From the human T2T-CHM13v2.0 reference genome, Homo sapiens, in NCBI RefSeq assembly GCF_009914755.1, contig NC_060943.1: DNA of 64,000 nucleotides; one strand, given 5' to 3'. Shown here piece after piece: positions 62,251 to 64,000 of the stretch; the first letter of the stretch is position 1, and every line of letters starts with the position of its first letter. The translations under genes and the position numbers were made by a program. The notes below the pieces were generated by a model. The model searched no databases and had not been told where the DNA came from. It saw only the letters and a program-made list of their open reading frames with translations.

Positions 62251-63262
62251 TATTGGGGAAAACCACCCCCAATACTTCAACATATGTTCTTTCTATTTTC
62301 CATAAGTGTCGGCCGGCTGAGAAATAAAGAGAAAGAGTACAAAGAGAGGAATTTTACAGCTGGGACACCAGGGGTGACATCATATATCAGTAGGACCGTG
62401 ATGCCCACCTGAGCCTTAAAACCAGCAAGTTTTTATTAAGGATTTTAAAAGGAGAGGGGGTGTATGAACAGGGAGTAGGTCGCATGCTTCAAGGGGCAAA
62501 AAGCAGAACAAAGATCACATGTTTCTAAGGGAACAGGACAAGGGCAAAATCAGAACTCCTGATAAGGGTCTATGTTCTGTAGTGCATGTATTTTCTTGAT
62601 AAACATCTTAACAGAAAACAGGATTTGAGAGCAGAGAACCGGTCTGACCAAAAATTTACCAGGGTGTAGTTTCCCAATCCTAGTAATCCTGAGGGTACTG
62701 TGGGAGATCAGAGCATATCTCAGTCCTTATCTCAACTGCATAGGACAGACATTCCCAAAGAGGCCATTTATAGACCTCCCCCCAGGAATGAATTCCTTTC
62801 CCAGAGTATTAATATCAGTATTCCTTGCTAGGAAAAGAATTTAGTGATATCTTCCCTACTTGCACATCCGTTTATAGGCTCTCTGCAAGAAGAAAAATAT
62901 GGCTCTTTTTGCCCAACCCCACAGGCAGTCAGACCTTATGGTTGTCTTTCCTTGTTCCCTAAAAACCACGTTATTCTGTTCTTTTTCAAGGTGCACTGAT
63001 TGCATATTGTTCAAACACACATGTTTTACAATCAATTTGTACTGTTAACACAATTATCATACTGGTCCTGGGGTGATGTACAGCCTCAGCTAATGAAGAT
63101 AACAGGATTAAGAGATTAAAATAAAGCTAGGCATAAGAAATTATGGAGGTATTATTTGGGAAGTGATAAATGTCCATATTAAAATGAAATCTTCACAGTT
63201 TATGTTCCTGTGCTGCAACTCCAGCCGGTCCCTCCATTTGGGGTCCCTGACTTCCCCCAACG
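62251..63262 (-). mobile_element. MER11 5' LTR
   Basis: Direct repeat of 53733-54739, adjacent to PBS/leader. Confidence 0.9.
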
Positions 63263-63294
63263 CTATGTTAGTGAGTTTTTTCAGGGTAGGTTAC

Positions 63295-63469
63295 TTTTTT
63301 TTTTGTTTTGAGATAAAGTCTCGCTCTGTCACCCAGGCTAAAGTTTACTGGCACAATCTCAAATCACTGCAACCTCTGCCTTCCGAGTTCAACCCATTCT
63401 TCTGCCTCAGCCTCCAAAGTAGCTGAGAATACAGATGCATGCAAGCCCAGCTAATTTGTGCATTATTAT
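63295..63469 (-). mobile_element. Alu right arm, interrupted by LTR2
   Basis: Alu consensus up to the mid A-rich linker. Confidence 0.85.
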
Positions 63470-63869
63470 TGTAGCAGGACAAGCTGCAGACAAAACCCTT
63501 CAGACACCAAGTTAGAGAAGAAAGGGCTTTATTCGGCCAGGAGCTTTGGCAAGACTCACGTCTCCAACAACTGAGCTCCCCAAGTGAGGAATTCCTGTCC
63601 CTTTTAAGGGCTTGCAACTCTAATGGGGTCCATGTGAGAGGGCTGTGATCAATTGAGCAAGCAGGGGTATGTGACTGGAGGCTGCATGCACTGGTGATTA
63701 GAATGGAACAGAATAGGACAGGGATCTTCACAGTGCTTTTCTTGTACAAATAACTGATTAGGTCAGGGTTGTCTGCTTATGGATTTCATTTCTGCTTTTT
63801 AGTTTTTACTGCTTTCTTTGGAGGCAGAAATTGGGCATAAGACAATATGAGGGGTGGTCTCCTCCCTAT
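63470..63869 (-). mobile_element. LTR2-family 3' LTR (HERV-E/Harlequin)
   Basis: Minus strand AGGGAGGAGACCACCCCTCATATTGTCTTATGCCC...GTCCTGCTACA; interrupts an Alu. Confidence 0.85.
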
Positions 63870-64000
63870 TCCCCCCCTTTGAGAATCTCAGTAGTGGGAG
63901 TTCTCACTTTCATTCTGGCTACCCGTGTCTTCTTACAAGGCAGATCGATAGTGATTCAAATAGTACACTTGTGCTGAAACATTTTGGTGAACTAAGGTAG
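63870..64000 (-). mobile_element. PPT and 3' internal region of the LTR2 provirus (runs off the window)
   Basis: Minus-strand aaaggggggg polypurine tract directly abutting the LTR. Confidence 0.75.

Larger units (their letters stand above)
53733..63262 (-). mobile_element. HERV-K(HML-8)/HERVK11 provirus with two MER11 LTRs, defective
   Basis: Two ~1010-bp LTRs, degenerate PBS (62230-62248), PPT at 54740-55, betaretroviral gag-pro-pol-env, approximate TSD ctgtg/ctatg. Confidence 0.9.

Overview
Primate (human-like) genomic DNA from a tandem KRAB zinc-finger gene cluster of the ZNF91/ZNF93 subfamily, probably 19p12-type; the exact locus is not identifiable from sequence alone. There are two paralogous, same-strand (+), apparently dead KRAB-ZNF genes. 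Gene 1 has KRAB-A 4771-4897 (starting with a TGA) and KRAB-B 5708-5803; its zinc-finger coding exon appears deleted, leaving only 3'UTR finger relics from ~17040. Gene 2 has an intact CpG promoter and ATG exon at ~26460-26702, a degenerate KRAB-A 43043-43169 and a frameshifted KRAB-B 50591-50685; any finger exon lies beyond the window. Most of the rest is transposon-derived: ~35 Alus, two full-length sense L1PA elements, an LTR5 (HML-2) solo LTR, a truncated HERV-S/HERVL18 with a nested LTR14-type solo LTR, a Phe-primed HERV-F/LTR46-like provirus inserted inside an Alu, a two-LTR HML-8 (MER11) provirus and the 3' end of an LTR2 (HERV-E/Harlequin) provirus. No intact protein-coding gene and no clearly novel system is demonstrable. 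The best leads are an APOBEC3G-like TGG>TAG signature and a gag-templated insertion in the HERV-F provirus, its ERV3/HERV-E-like env, loss of the finger exon in gene 1, and a still-intact promoter over an intron series of antisense proviruses. Family names come from recalled consensus sequences, not from a database search.
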